Shown here piece after piece: positions 20,310 through 30,616 of a stretch of DNA of 64,000 bases (position 1 is its first letter; each line of letters opens with the position of its first letter). The position numbers and the translations under genes were made by a program. Where the stretch lies: positions 81,709-145,708 of the forward strand of contig CABYTF010000003.1 in assembly GCA_902521725.1 (NCBI GenBank). Direction: 5' to 3'. Origin of the DNA: an uncultured Gammaproteobacteria bacterium (lineage in GTDB: Bacteria; Pseudomonadota; Gammaproteobacteria; GCA-002705445; GCA-002716945). Under the pieces are notes generated by a model that saw nothing but the letters and a program-made list of their open reading frames with translations, was not told where the DNA came from and searched no databases.

Positions 20310-21566
20310 ATGAGCTCTATAACTTTAGAAAGTCTTTTTTTGATCCTGATAATTTTATTATTCATGTCAGCATTTTTTTCTGGATCAGAAACAGCGCTGA
20401 TGAGTGTAAACAAGTATAAACTCAAACATCGTGTAAAAAATAATGAGTCTTCAGCGATAAGAGTAGAATACTTACTAAATAACACAGATAAAACACTAGG
20501 CTTAATATTGCTTCTAAATAACTTTGTTAATATTTTAGCCTCAGCTATCACAACTCTCATTGCCATTGAAGTTTATGGTGATAAAGGCGTCGCCATTGGA
20601 GCAGGAGTTTTAACTTTTCTGATATTAGTCTTCTCTGAGGTTACTCCAAAAACATTTGCATCGCATCATGCCGATGCTATTGCCTATAGAATATCTTTTA
20701 TATTCTACTATGCACTAAAAGTTTTCTCCCCAATTGTGATATTTATCAATTTTTTCTCAAAATCTATATTAAAAATATTTAGAGTAAATAAAAAATTAGT
20801 AGGGTCAGATAACCTTTCCAATGAAGAGATAAAAACTATTATCCAAGAATCATCGAGTAAAATCACAGAGAACTATGAGGAGATGGTGCTTAACTTACTA
20901 GATTTACAGCAGGTTACCGTAGAACATGCAATGATCCCAAAAAATGATGTGGAAGGAATTGATATAAATGACCTTGAGTCAAATATTAACAAAAAATTAA
21001 TAGATATAAATCATACGAGAATGCCGATTTATACAAAATCATTAAACAATATAAAAGGTTTCTTAAATAAGAAACATATCCCATCTATGGTAAAGGATAA
21101 TAATATAATTAAAGTTGAAAAATTGCTCGAATACACCACACAGCCTTATTTTATTCCTGAGGATACATCTTTACTCAGTCAACTTATAATCTTTAAGAAG
21201 GAAAAAAAGAGGATTGGTTGCGTTGTGGATGAGTATGGTGACATTAAAGGTATACTTACGCTTGACGATATATTAGAGGAAATTGTAGGAGAATACAGTG
21301 TGTCTGACCAAAAAGATGCTCTGATAAAGGACATATCTCAGAATAAAATTGAAGTTCATGGGTCTATTCAACTCAGAGACATAAATAAAAGGTTAGGTAT
21401 AAACTTGTCAGATTCTACAGTTACAACTATCAACGGATATATTCTTGAATCTTTGCAAGAGATCCCTCAAGCAGGTATGACTTTTAAGGAAGATAATATT
21501 ATTATAGAAGTAGAGAGGGTAAATAATAATTACGTAGAGAAAGCGATAATAACTAATAATGGCTAA
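20310..21566 (+). CDS. CNNM/HlyC-CorC family transporter (CorB/YfjD-like)
   Basis: SAFFSGSETA, FSEVTPKT, CBS pair VDEYGD..LDDILEEIVGE. Confidence 0.9.
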   Translation: MSSITLESLFLILIILLFMSAFFSGSETALMSVNKYKLKHRVKNNESSAIRVEYLLNNTDKTLGLILLLNNFVNILASAITTLIAIEVYGDKGVAIGAGVLTFLILVFSEVTPKTFASHHADAIAYRISFIFYYALKVFSPIVIFINFFSKSILKIFRVNKKLVGSDNLSNEEIKTIIQESSSKITENYEEMVLNLLDLQQVTVEHAMIPKNDVEGIDINDLESNINKKLIDINHTRMPIYTKSLNNIKGFLNKKHIPSMVKDNNIIKVEKLLEYTTQPYFIPEDTSLLSQLIIFKKEKKRIGCVVDEYGDIKGILTLDDILEEIVGEYSVSDQKDALIKDISQNKIEVHGSIQLRDINKRLGINLSDSTVTTINGYILESLQEIPQAGMTFKEDNIIIEVERVNNNYVEKAIITNNG

Positions 21567-21762
21567 GAAAAATACAAATTTAAGTAACTTTGAAAGTGAC
21601 TTGAAAAAACTTCAAGGTATATTAGATGATATTGAATCAGATAAGTTATCTTTAGAGGAATCAATTGAAAAATATAAAGAGGGTGTGGAGCTGTCTAAAA
21701 AATGTCAGAGAGCACTCGAAGATGCAAAACAAATAATTAAAGTCTTAGACGATGAAAAATAA
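21559..21762 (+). CDS. xseB: Exodeoxyribonuclease VII small subunit
   Basis: FE..L..I..IES..LSLEESI..Y.EG..L.K.C...L..A. Confidence 0.92.
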   Translation: MAKKNTNLSNFESDLKKLQGILDDIESDKLSLEESIEKYKEGVELSKKCQRALEDAKQIIKVLDDEK

Positions 21763-23641
21763 CAATTATCCTCTTTTGGATGAGATCAATACTCCGTCAG
21801 ATCTTAAAAAACTAAATGATGGTGAATTAAGATTACTTGCTGATGATATAAGAGCATACATACTAGAAGTTATCTCTCAAACCGGAGGACATCTTGCTGC
21901 AGGGCTAGGAACTGTAGAGTTATCTATATCTCTTCATTACGTATTTAATACCCCAATTGATAAGATCATCTGGGATGTTGGTCATCAATGCTACCCCCAT
22001 AAAATACTAACGGGTAGAAAAGACAAGATGCTGACAATAAGAAAATATAAAGGCATTAGCGGTTTCTTGAAGATAGATGAGAGTGAGTACGATGTTTTTG
22101 GAGCTGGTCATTCTAGTACATCCATAAGTGCAGCTCTAGGCATGGCGATAGCTAGAGATGCTAAGAATGAGAATTATAAGATTATTTCAGTTATAGGTGA
22201 TGGCGGTATTACTGCTGGTATGTCATATGAGGCACTATGTCATGCGGGATATCTGAAGAGAGATATGCTAGTGATTCTCAATGATAATGAGATGTCTATA
22301 TCGAGAAATGTAGGGGCGATGAATAAATATTTAACGAAGATTCTGTCTGGTAAGACTCTCTCAACTATTAAACAAAAAGGTGGTGAACTTCTTAGTGATA
22401 AATCTCCTATAAAAAGAATAATTAAAAAAATAAAAGATAATGCACAAAATATTTTATCTCCGGGACATTTATTTGAGGAAATTGGATTTAGCTATTATGG
22501 ACCTATAGATGGACATGATATTTCATCATTGAACAAGGTTTTGAGTAATCTCAGAGATAAAAGTGGTCCTATATTGCTACATGTGATTACAAAGAAGGGC
22601 AAGGGTTACAAGATAGCTGAACAAGATCCAATTAAGTACCATGGTGTAACTCCTTTTAATGTAAAGACGGGTGTCAGTGAGAAGATAAAATCACCAAAGA
22701 TGCTTACCTATACAAACATATTTAGTAAATGGATAAATTATGCAGCCTCAAATAATTCTAATTTCGTAGCAATTACTCCAGCAATGCGAGAGGGCTCTGG
22801 TCTCGTAGAGTTTGAGGAGAAATATCCTTCTAGATTCTTTGATGTTGGTATCGCAGAGCAACACTCCGTTACTCTAGCAGCAGGAATAGCATTAGGAGGG
22901 TTAAAACCAATTGTTGCAATATATTCTACATTTCTACAAAGAGCATTTGACCAGTTGGTTCATGATGTAAATCTTCAAAATTTAGATGTAATGTTTGCCA
23001 TAGATAGAGCTGGTCTAGTTGGTGCTGATGGAGAAACACACCATGGAATTTATGATATTTCTTTCATGCGTATACTGCCTAAAATTGTTCTAATGACGCC
23101 CTCAAATGAGAGAGAAATGTTATTAATGCTAAATACAGGACTCAATCATAATGGTCCATCAGCCATAAGATATCCCAGGGGTAACACCGAATCTAGTGAT
23201 ATAGATATGACAGAAGAAAAAATATTGATAGGTAAATCGAGACTGATCCAGAGAGGTGAGAAGGTTGCTATTCTTGTATTTGGACAATTATTGAATCAAG
23301 TAATTGATATTTCTAAGAGGTTATCTCTCACGCTCATAGATATGAGATTTGCCAAGCCTATCGACAAAGAGAGAGTAGATGAATTATCAAATACTCATCA
23401 ACACTTGATAACTATTGAAGATAACGTTGTCACAGGAGGGGCAGGATCATCTGTAAATGAATATCTTGTCGAGAAAGGATATGAAATTTCAATTACAAAC
23501 TTTGGGATACCTGATCAAATCATATCACATGGTAGTCAGGATGAGTTATATGCTGAGATCGGCTTAGATAAAAAATCGTTAGAATACAAAATTAATGAGA
23601 TATACAATTACATCTCAAGAAACAAAAAAATAGTAAAGTAA
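21752..23641 (+). CDS. dxs: 1-deoxy-D-xylulose-5-phosphate synthase
   Basis: GGHLAAGLG, WDVGHQCYPHK, GHSSTSISA, DRAGLVGADG. Confidence 0.97.
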   Translation: MKNNNYPLLDEINTPSDLKKLNDGELRLLADDIRAYILEVISQTGGHLAAGLGTVELSISLHYVFNTPIDKIIWDVGHQCYPHKILTGRKDKMLTIRKYKGISGFLKIDESEYDVFGAGHSSTSISAALGMAIARDAKNENYKIISVIGDGGITAGMSYEALCHAGYLKRDMLVILNDNEMSISRNVGAMNKYLTKILSGKTLSTIKQKGGELLSDKSPIKRIIKKIKDNAQNILSPGHLFEEIGFSYYGPIDGHDISSLNKVLSNLRDKSGPILLHVITKKGKGYKIAEQDPIKYHGVTPFNVKTGVSEKIKSPKMLTYTNIFSKWINYAASNNSNFVAITPAMREGSGLVEFEEKYPSRFFDVGIAEQHSVTLAAGIALGGLKPIVAIYSTFLQRAFDQLVHDVNLQNLDVMFAIDRAGLVGADGETHHGIYDISFMRILPKIVLMTPSNEREMLLMLNTGLNHNGPSAIRYPRGNTESSDIDMTEEKILIGKSRLIQRGEKVAILVFGQLLNQVIDISKRLSLTLIDMRFAKPIDKERVDELSNTHQHLITIEDNVVTGGAGSSVNEYLVEKGYEISITNFGIPDQIISHGSQDELYAEIGLDKKSLEYKINEIYNYISRNKKIVK

Positions 23642-24009
23642 TGTTTAAACTTGTTGTTAAGAAAGAATTCTCATCGGCCCATATCTTGCATGGTCATCCA
23701 GGAGACTGCAAGCGGATGCATGGTCATAATTGGACAGTGGAAGCAAAAGTTGAGGGAGATAATATCAATAATATAGGTATGGTAATTGATTTTAAGGATG
23801 TAAAAAAAAGTCTAGCAGACATAATCTCCAAATTAGACCATAGGTTTCTTAATGAAATTGAACCATTCACTGAGGATAATCCTACAGCAGAAAATATTTC
23901 AAAATATATTTATAAAGAACTATCAAAAAATATTAATACTGATAACATTAAAGTCAGTGAAATTAAACTTTGGGAAACAAACAATTCTGCAGTGATTTAC
24001 ACGGAATGA
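23641..24009 (+). CDS. queD: 6-carboxytetrahydropterin synthase
   Basis: CKRMHGH (CxxxHGH), DH..LN, PTAEN; next to folE2. Confidence 0.9.
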   Translation: MFKLVVKKEFSSAHILHGHPGDCKRMHGHNWTVEAKVEGDNINNIGMVIDFKDVKKSLADIISKLDHRFLNEIEPFTEDNPTAENISKYIYKELSKNINTDNIKVSEIKLWETNNSAVIYTE

Positions 24010-24024
24010 ACAACAGGGGGTAGA

Positions 24025-24834
24025 ATGTCCACATCAAAGTCAAAATTAGAAATTAATAACCTTCCAGACACGCAAGGCCAGGCTGATACAAGAAACATGC
24101 CAATTAACAAAGTAGGGATAAAAGACATAGTTCATCCTATGATTATTAAGCAAAGATCAGGTAAAGAGCAATCTACAATTGCAAACTTCAACATGTATGT
24201 AAATCTTCCTCATGATTTCAAGGGCACCCATATGTCAAGATTCGTTCATATTCTTAATAATCATGAAGAACAAATTACAGTTGACTCCTTCAAAAAAATG
24301 ATTGATGAAATGCTTATTCTTCTTGAAGCAGAATCGGGTCATATTGAAATGAAGTTTCCATATTTTATTAATAAAACTGCACCTGTTTCAAAAGTACAAA
24401 GCTTGCTTGACTACTCTGTGTCTTTAATAGGTGAGATTGAAGACGGTAAATCAAAATTGAAAGTCAAAGTTTTAGTGCCTGTAACTAGCCTTTGCCCATG
24501 CTCAAAGAAAATTTCAGATTATGGAGCTCACAATCAAAGATCTCATGTAACGATTACAGTCACGATAAATGACTTTATATGGATTGAGGAAATAATTGAT
24601 ATAGTGGAAAAAGAAGCCTCGTCTGAATTGTATGGTTTGCTAAAAAGACCAGATGAAAAATTTGTTACAGAGCGAGCTTATGATAATCCCAAATTTGTTG
24701 AAGACATGGTCAGAGATATTGCGGTACACTTCAACAATGATGATAGAGTGACTGAGTATGTCGTTGAATCTGAGAATTTTGAGTCAATACATAATCACTC
24801 AGCGTATGCTCAGATTCATAAAGTCAAAGATTAA
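24025..24834 (+). CDS. folE2: GTP cyclohydrolase I type B
   Basis: [33 protein letters not shown]. Confidence 0.96.
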   Translation: MSTSKSKLEINNLPDTQGQADTRNMPINKVGIKDIVHPMIIKQRSGKEQSTIANFNMYVNLPHDFKGTHMSRFVHILNNHEEQITVDSFKKMIDEMLILLEAESGHIEMKFPYFINKTAPVSKVQSLLDYSVSLIGEIEDGKSKLKVKVLVPVTSLCPCSKKISDYGAHNQRSHVTITVTINDFIWIEEIIDIVEKEASSELYGLLKRPDEKFVTERAYDNPKFVEDMVRDIAVHFNNDDRVTEYVVESENFESIHNHSAYAQIHKVKD

Positions 24835-24837
24835 TAT

Positions 24838-26049
24838 CTAACGAAGATTGGCGTACAGTCCTCTGATAAGCTCTTCTGTTGGCGAAGTCTGAACTTGGGT
24901 ATAAGATTCATTCTCAATTGTAACAAGTGTATGTTCTCCTTTTTCTCCACCTTGAGAAACTCTTACGATGATTGTGTCGGCTTGATCATCACCACCAAAA
25001 AGTTTATCAAACAACCCGGGGCTTTCTTTTACGGTTTTATTACTTAAAATTATCTGTCTTTTTTCAAGGTACTCACTTTCGGTAACAATCGATCTATCTC
25101 GTAAAGAGGAAAGCTTACTCAGTGCTTCAGTAACTTGTGGACTGTAACTTATTGATTCACTCAATGAGACTAGTATCAATCCATCAGAAGGATTTTCGGA
25201 AAGTATATTAATACCGAGTTTATCTAGGCTAGATATGATTCTAGGATAGACTCTTTCATATATGTCTGGAATGAATAATGTTTGAAATCCTCGATCGTCA
25301 CTTGATAATAATACCTTATCAGTTGTCCTATTAATATTTGCTACGACATATCCTGCTTCTCTTGCTTCATCGCCTCCGAGGTACATAAACATTCTGCTTA
25401 TCATCTCATTTTCAAATTCAATATCTCTTGGTCTATTTTGCCATCTGAATTCGGTGTCTCCATCAGACATAAATTCTTTACCATAATGGGTTACAACTAC
25501 ATCGTAGCCATTCTCTTTTTTTACTAGTCTAGTGCTGTAACTATCTCTTGTTTCAGGCGATACTAATAACGGTACATATCTTCCAACTACTCGCTGAACA
25601 GTACCAAGCTGTGCTTCACTAAGATTCTCTAAATAGTTTGTCCTAATAGAAGCAATAGTAATATCCTCATTAAGAATTTGAAATCCTTCAGTTAGCCAGA
25701 ATGATTTTATATTATTCCAAAGTAAAATTTTATCAGTTGTAGATACAGACAAGAACATACTTTGACCTTGCCTGAAAATTTTAATATTATCTAACTGGGT
25801 GTCCACAGTGAACAATTTTTCACTATCATTTTTCACAATCTCAGGTAAGGATAAGGATCTTTCAGTATTTGGTTGAGTCAGATCAGGGGGTATTATTAGC
25901 TCAATTTGAGAAGATGAATAATCTCTGTCTGTTTTATAAACTAGTTGTTCATTTCTGGGATCAGATAATATGTTTTTTGCATAGTTATTAAGACCAGAGC
26001 ATCCTGCGGAAAATATTGATAATAGTATGACTATTGCAATTTTATTCAT
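24838..26049 (-). CDS. bamC: BamC/NlpB-like outer-membrane lipoprotein with SHOCT-like insertion
   Basis: Lipobox SAGC, LIIPPDL, RDSYSTRL, WQNRPRD.EFENEM; directly downstream of dapA. Confidence 0.75.
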   Translation of the reverse strand: MNKIAIVILLSIFSAGCSGLNNYAKNILSDPRNEQLVYKTDRDYSSSQIELIIPPDLTQPNTERSLSLPEIVKNDSEKLFTVDTQLDNIKIFRQGQSMFLSVSTTDKILLWNNIKSFWLTEGFQILNEDITIASIRTNYLENLSEAQLGTVQRVVGRYVPLLVSPETRDSYSTRLVKKENGYDVVVTHYGKEFMSDGDTEFRWQNRPRDIEFENEMISRMFMYLGGDEAREAGYVVANINRTTDKVLLSSDDRGFQTLFIPDIYERVYPRIISSLDKLGINILSENPSDGLILVSLSESISYSPQVTEALSKLSSLRDRSIVTESEYLEKRQIILSNKTVKESPGLFDKLFGGDDQADTIIVRVSQGGEKGEHTLVTIENESYTQVQTSPTEELIRGLYANLR

Positions 26050-26929
26050 CGATGACTCCTGATTTTATCAAGCCCTCAGTCAACGGTCTATCGAATTTTT
26101 CATCCATCCATGTCAGAGGGAGTCTTATGCCTTTTTTGATGAGTCCCATCTTATGTAAGCACCATTTAACCGGTATGGGGTTAGATTCACAGAATAATAA
26201 ATCATGGAGAATATCTAATTTTAAATTTAATTTTGATGCATTTTCAATATCACCCTCAAGAGCACTCTGGCACATTTGATGCATCTCCAAAGGCGCCACA
26301 TTAGCAGTCACCGAAATATTCCCTGAAAACCCGTCTGCTATATCAGACATAGATGTTTTATCATCGCCAGTGAAAATCTTCATATTCTTCGAGCATAATT
26401 TCATAAGAGATGTTGATCTATCTTTACTGCCTGATGCTTCTTTTATACCGACAATATTTTTGTGAGTTGACAGTCTCAGTACAGTTTCAGGTTGCATATC
26501 CACGGATGTTCTCCCTGGCACATTATATAGGATTTGGGGAATATCAACCTGGTCAGCAATTTTTTTATAATGCTGATAAAGTCCTTCTTGTGTAGGTTTA
26601 TTGTAATATGGCGTGACAAGTAGGCAGCCATCAGCCCCATTATTTTTTGCGCTTTTTGTTAACTCAACTGCCTCTGATGTCGAGTTAGCACCTGTTCCAG
26701 CTATGACAGGAATTCTGCCATTTACAAACTCAATAGTTTTCTTTATTACTTGCGAGTGCTCATCGAAATCTAGTGTGGCAGATTCTCCAGTAGTTCCTAC
26801 TGATATAATTACATCTGTCTGATTTTCAATATGAAATTCAATTAAATTTTTAAGAGAAATGAAGTCAATAGAACCATCTTCATTCATAGGAGTCACTATG
26901 GCAACCATGCTTCCTCTAAACATATTCAT
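26042..26929 (-). CDS. dapA: 4-hydroxy-tetrahydrodipicolinate synthase
   Basis: GTTGESATL, PYYNKP, YNVPGRT, GIKEAS, ESNPIPVK. Confidence 0.97.
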   Translation of the reverse strand: MNMFRGSMVAIVTPMNEDGSIDFISLKNLIEFHIENQTDVIISVGTTGESATLDFDEHSQVIKKTIEFVNGRIPVIAGTGANSTSEAVELTKSAKNNGADGCLLVTPYYNKPTQEGLYQHYKKIADQVDIPQILYNVPGRTSVDMQPETVLRLSTHKNIVGIKEASGSKDRSTSLMKLCSKNMKIFTGDDKTSMSDIADGFSGNISVTANVAPLEMHQMCQSALEGDIENASKLNLKLDILHDLLFCESNPIPVKWCLHKMGLIKKGIRLPLTWMDEKFDRPLTEGLIKSGVIDE

Positions 26930-26938
26930 AAATATTCC

Positions 26939-27991
26939 TTATGTTGTTGCACGTGGCCATACATTTAAGATTGTATTAATCAATACTGCAAGAGGTATAG
27001 CGAAAAAGACACCCCAAATACCCCATACAGACCCAAAGAATAATATAGACAATAGTATAGCAAACGGATGGATATTTACAGCGTCTGAGAATAGAATTGG
27101 AACTACAACATTCCCGTCGATAGCCTGTATCAACAAATGACCAATCACAACGTACCAAAATTCTGATGCAATCCCCCATTGAAAATAAGCAACTAATACT
27201 ATAGGAATAGTGACAGCAATCATACCTACGTAGGGAATAATAACAGAGATGCCACATAGAAAGCTTAACAATAGGGAATAATTGAACCCCAGTGAAATGA
27301 ATAAAATAAATGATGCTACCCATACAATAATAATTTCGATGAATTTGCATCTTATGTAATTTCCAATTTTTAAGTTTAGTTCTGAGTAAGCTTTTTGAGT
27401 CAACTCTAATTTTTTAGGAAAAAATTTTGATATCCAACCATTGATAGCATCCTTATCAAACAGCATGAAAAAAATCATAATCGGTACCAGAATTGTGTAG
27501 ACAATTATTGCAAAAAGTCCGCCTGCTGATGCTAGAGAAAATGCAAATATAGAATTTCCTAATTTCGATGTTTCTCCCTGAAGACCAAGAAAGAGGCTAT
27601 CAATGTAGTCTTTGGGAATATACTCATTTTGATCATACATACCCAAAATGAGATTTTTGCTTTTATCAAATATTTCGGGTAGAGATTTTACAAATAATGT
27701 AAGTTGGTCAAGTAATAAAGGTATTAGCATGAACAATGTTATTACACTTAAAATCAAGAATATTAAAAAGACTACAATTACAGAAATATTTCTAACAATA
27801 TGAGCAGTCTTCATGAGATTTTGAACAAGACCCTCCAACATATATGCTAAAACAATAGCAACTAAAATAGGCGATATGGTTTGAATAAGAATATAAGTTA
27901 TTAAAACAGAAAAAATCACTATCAAAGCAAGTGATACCTGATTAGGGTCAGTAAAGTTTTCTTCGTACCATTGTTTTAAATAATTAAGCAT
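26939..27991 (-). CDS. AI-2E family transporter (PerM-like)
   Basis: Multi-TM, IPYVG, QAIDGN..PILFS.AVNIHP, WGIWGVFFAIP. Confidence 0.88.
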   Translation of the reverse strand: MLNYLKQWYEENFTDPNQVSLALIVIFSVLITYILIQTISPILVAIVLAYMLEGLVQNLMKTAHIVRNISVIVVFLIFLILSVITLFMLIPLLLDQLTLFVKSLPEIFDKSKNLILGMYDQNEYIPKDYIDSLFLGLQGETSKLGNSIFAFSLASAGGLFAIIVYTILVPIMIFFMLFDKDAINGWISKFFPKKLELTQKAYSELNLKIGNYIRCKFIEIIIVWVASFILFISLGFNYSLLLSFLCGISVIIPYVGMIAVTIPIVLVAYFQWGIASEFWYVVIGHLLIQAIDGNVVVPILFSDAVNIHPFAILLSILFFGSVWGIWGVFFAIPLAVLINTILNVWPRATT

Positions 27992-28074
27992 TGATCAGTT
28001 TATCAAGATTATTGATATATATGATACATACAATCATGGTAAACTTAAACAATTATAGGTTTCTAAAGAGTGTA

Positions 28075-29331
28075 ATGAAGGCATCGAAATACCCACTATT
28101 TACCCAGAAAAATGAACCATCTGACGCTGAGATCATCAGTCACAAGCTTATGATTAAAGCAGGCTTAGTAAGACAACAATCTTCAGGACAATATAGTTTT
28201 CTCCCAATTGGCTTACGAATACTAAAAAAGATAGAAAATATCATTCGCCAAGAGATGAATGCAATTGGATCTGCTGAAATTCTTATGCCCTCAATTCAGC
28301 CGCGTGAGCTTTGGCAAGAATCAGGAAGATGGGATGATTACGGACCCGAGCTTCTAAGATTAAATGATAGACATGACAGAGAGTATTGTGTTGGTCCGAC
28401 ATTTGAGGAGGTTATAACAGATTTGATAAGAAAAGAACTTAATAGCTATAAACAACTTCCTATAAATCTTTATCAAATATCCTCAAAGTTTAGAGATGAA
28501 ATAAGGCCAAGATTTGGGATAATGCGAGCGAGAGAGTTCACCATGAAAGATGCTTACTCATTTCATATGGATAATACTTGTCTGGATGAGTGGTATGAAG
28601 TCTACAAAGAAGCATACAATAAGATATTCACGCGCCTACAATTAGAATACACTATGGTTGATGCAGATAGTGGCAATATTGGTGGGAGTAAATCAAATGA
28701 ATTTCATGTTATTGCAGACACTGGTGAGGATGATCTTCTAATTGATAAACATGGTGTTGGAATTAATTTTGAAATCGCAAAAGAAAAATATAAAACAGAT
28801 GATATAGAAAAAATTAGTAGTGAAAATGATCTTATACATAAAAAAGGCATAGAAGTTGGTCACATCTTTAAGTTAGGTGACAAATATAGTAAATCAATGA
28901 ATCTCTCTATCGCAGATTCGGAAAATAATAGTCATTTTCTTCAAATGGGCTGCTATGGCATTGGAGTGTCTAGAATAATCGCAGCAGCTATTGAACAAAA
29001 CTATGATGCAAACGGCATCATTTGGCCAAAAAGTATTTCGCCTTTTGATGTAGTCCTTATTGAAATCGACGGTGATAAAAATAAAGACGTTAGAGAATAT
29101 TCAGAAAATATTTATGAAATGCTAATTGATAAAGAACTAGACATAATTTTAGATGATAGAAATGCGAAACTAGGCAATAAACTCAATGACTGGGAGCTGA
29201 TAGGTGTTCCTCAGTTTATTATCATTGGGAGATCTGAAGCACAAAACAATGAGGTCACATATAAAAAAAGAGGTAGTGCAGAAAAAGATACTTTAAAACA
29301 CGATGATATTTATAACGTTCTAACAAGTTAA
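28075..29331 (+). CDS. proS: Proline--tRNA ligase, short form lacking most of the INS editing domain
   Basis: Start MKASKY at ATG 28075; KFRDEIRPRFG, REFTMKDAYSF, IEVGHIFKLG, MGCYGIGVSR. Confidence 0.95.
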   Translation: MKASKYPLFTQKNEPSDAEIISHKLMIKAGLVRQQSSGQYSFLPIGLRILKKIENIIRQEMNAIGSAEILMPSIQPRELWQESGRWDDYGPELLRLNDRHDREYCVGPTFEEVITDLIRKELNSYKQLPINLYQISSKFRDEIRPRFGIMRAREFTMKDAYSFHMDNTCLDEWYEVYKEAYNKIFTRLQLEYTMVDADSGNIGGSKSNEFHVIADTGEDDLLIDKHGVGINFEIAKEKYKTDDIEKISSENDLIHKKGIEVGHIFKLGDKYSKSMNLSIADSENNSHFLQMGCYGIGVSRIIAAAIEQNYDANGIIWPKSISPFDVVLIEIDGDKNKDVREYSENIYEMLIDKELDIILDDRNAKLGNKLNDWELIGVPQFIIIGRSEAQNNEVTYKKRGSAEKDTLKHDDIYNVLTS

Positions 29332-29633
29332 TCTAAAAAACGATATTTATCCTTTTGCTTCTCATACTGCTCATATGCCATATTAGCTTCATTCAACGCT
29401 TTTTTGGCTAATGTGACTGATTTCTCATAATTCTGCTCTTTGTGTGCCTTCTTAGCATTTTTAATTATTTTCTTGGTATCTCGCCATGCATTTTTAACCT
29501 TTAAAACTTTTTTATATTTTTTCTCAGCTTCTTGGATTATTTCAGAAGACGTTTGCTCATCGAATTGATCAGCGCTGATATTTGGTGCTAGGAATGATGA
29601 AAATATAAAAACTAGGAATAAAGCAATTCTCAT
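29328..29633 (-). CDS. Secreted helical protein, SoxXA-binding protein (SoxK)-like
   Basis: Signal peptide, AWRDT motif, A..LA.KA..EA..A..Q pattern. Confidence 0.55.
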   Translation of the reverse strand: MRIALFLVFIFSSFLAPNISADQFDEQTSSEIIQEAEKKYKKVLKVKNAWRDTKKIIKNAKKAHKEQNYEKSVTLAKKALNEANMAYEQYEKQKDKYRFLD

Positions 29634-30034
29634 TTATCATTCTCCAAAAATATTATATCTGATTCTTCCCTATAACCGACAACCCAGAGACCCCTTATTT
29701 TTGCATATTCTCTAGCTTTGACTCTAGATTTATCTGAAATATTTCTGTGTATTATGAGGCTTTGGCCAGGTAAAATCAAATCTGCATCGTATATCTTATT
29801 TTGGTTGTTTTTGAAAATATTTGGCCAGACAAAAGGATCATCATAATATTTGTAAGATATATCCCATAATGTGTCTCCATAAACAACTGTGTGGTATTGA
29901 GTTGGCTCATTATCATCTACGATGCTAGAGAACTTTGTTGTGCCTTCGATATCTATGGTTTGAGATGTACATGATGATAGGGTAATTACTATAAAAAACA
30001 AAATTGATGCAAATGTGTTCTTTTTAAAGTTCAT
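29630..30034 (-). CDS. LysM-domain lipoprotein
   Basis: Lipobox LSSC; HTVVYGDTLWDIS..W..I...N..I.DADLILPGQ. Confidence 0.85.
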   Translation of the reverse strand: MNFKKNTFASILFFIVITLSSCTSQTIDIEGTTKFSSIVDDNEPTQYHTVVYGDTLWDISYKYYDDPFVWPNIFKNNQNKIYDADLILPGQSLIIHRNISDKSRVKAREYAKIRGLWVVGYREESDIIFLENDK

Positions 30035-30052
30035 AAAAGGTATCCTATGCAT

Positions 30053-30616
30053 ATGAATGATATCTTAATACTATATTACTCAAAAAATGATTCAACAAAA
30101 AAAATGGCTCGTGCTATAGCGCGTGGAATCGAATCATCAAATCTGGCAAGTTCATCTATAAGAACAGTTCACTCTGACAGTTACAAAGAAAGTGATGACA
30201 TACTTGTAACTAAAGAAGATCTTAAAAAATGCTCAGGAATGATAATTGGCAGTCCCACTCATTTCGGAAATATGGCTGCTCCTCTGAAAGCTTTTTTTGA
30301 TAGTACAACAGATGAATGGTTTAATAATACCCTAGAGAGTAAATTAGGTGGTGTATTCACTTCTACCTCAAGTATGCACGGCGGCCAGGAGACTACACTA
30401 ATAAGCATGATGATGCCTTTAATTCATCATGGCATGATCATAGCTGGGGTGCCATATAGTGAGAAAAATCTATCATCGACAATCTCAGGTGGAACACCTT
30501 ATGGTCCTAGTCACGTTTCTCACAATCAAAAAGTAGATTTGACTGAAGAAGAAAAACTAATTTGTTTATCATACGGCAAAAGATTTGCTGAGTTAGTGGG
30601 TAAGTTAAATTCTTAA
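30053..30616 (+). CDS. wrbA: NAD(P)H:quinone oxidoreductase
   Basis: GSPTHFGNMA, SSMHGGQETT, GGTPYG. Confidence 0.9.
   Translation: MNDILILYYSKNDSTKKMARAIARGIESSNLASSSIRTVHSDSYKESDDILVTKEDLKKCSGMIIGSPTHFGNMAAPLKAFFDSTTDEWFNNTLESKLGGVFTSTSSMHGGQETTLISMMMPLIHHGMIIAGVPYSEKNLSSTISGGTPYGPSHVSHNQKVDLTEEEKLICLSYGKRFAELVGKLNS

Noticed and set aside
27991..28074. N-terminal extension of proS from TTG 27991 (similar extensions for moeB, purM, ccmG, rfaD, moaD)
   Set aside because: Family homology begins at downstream ATGs; the extensions overlap neighbouring genes or promoters.
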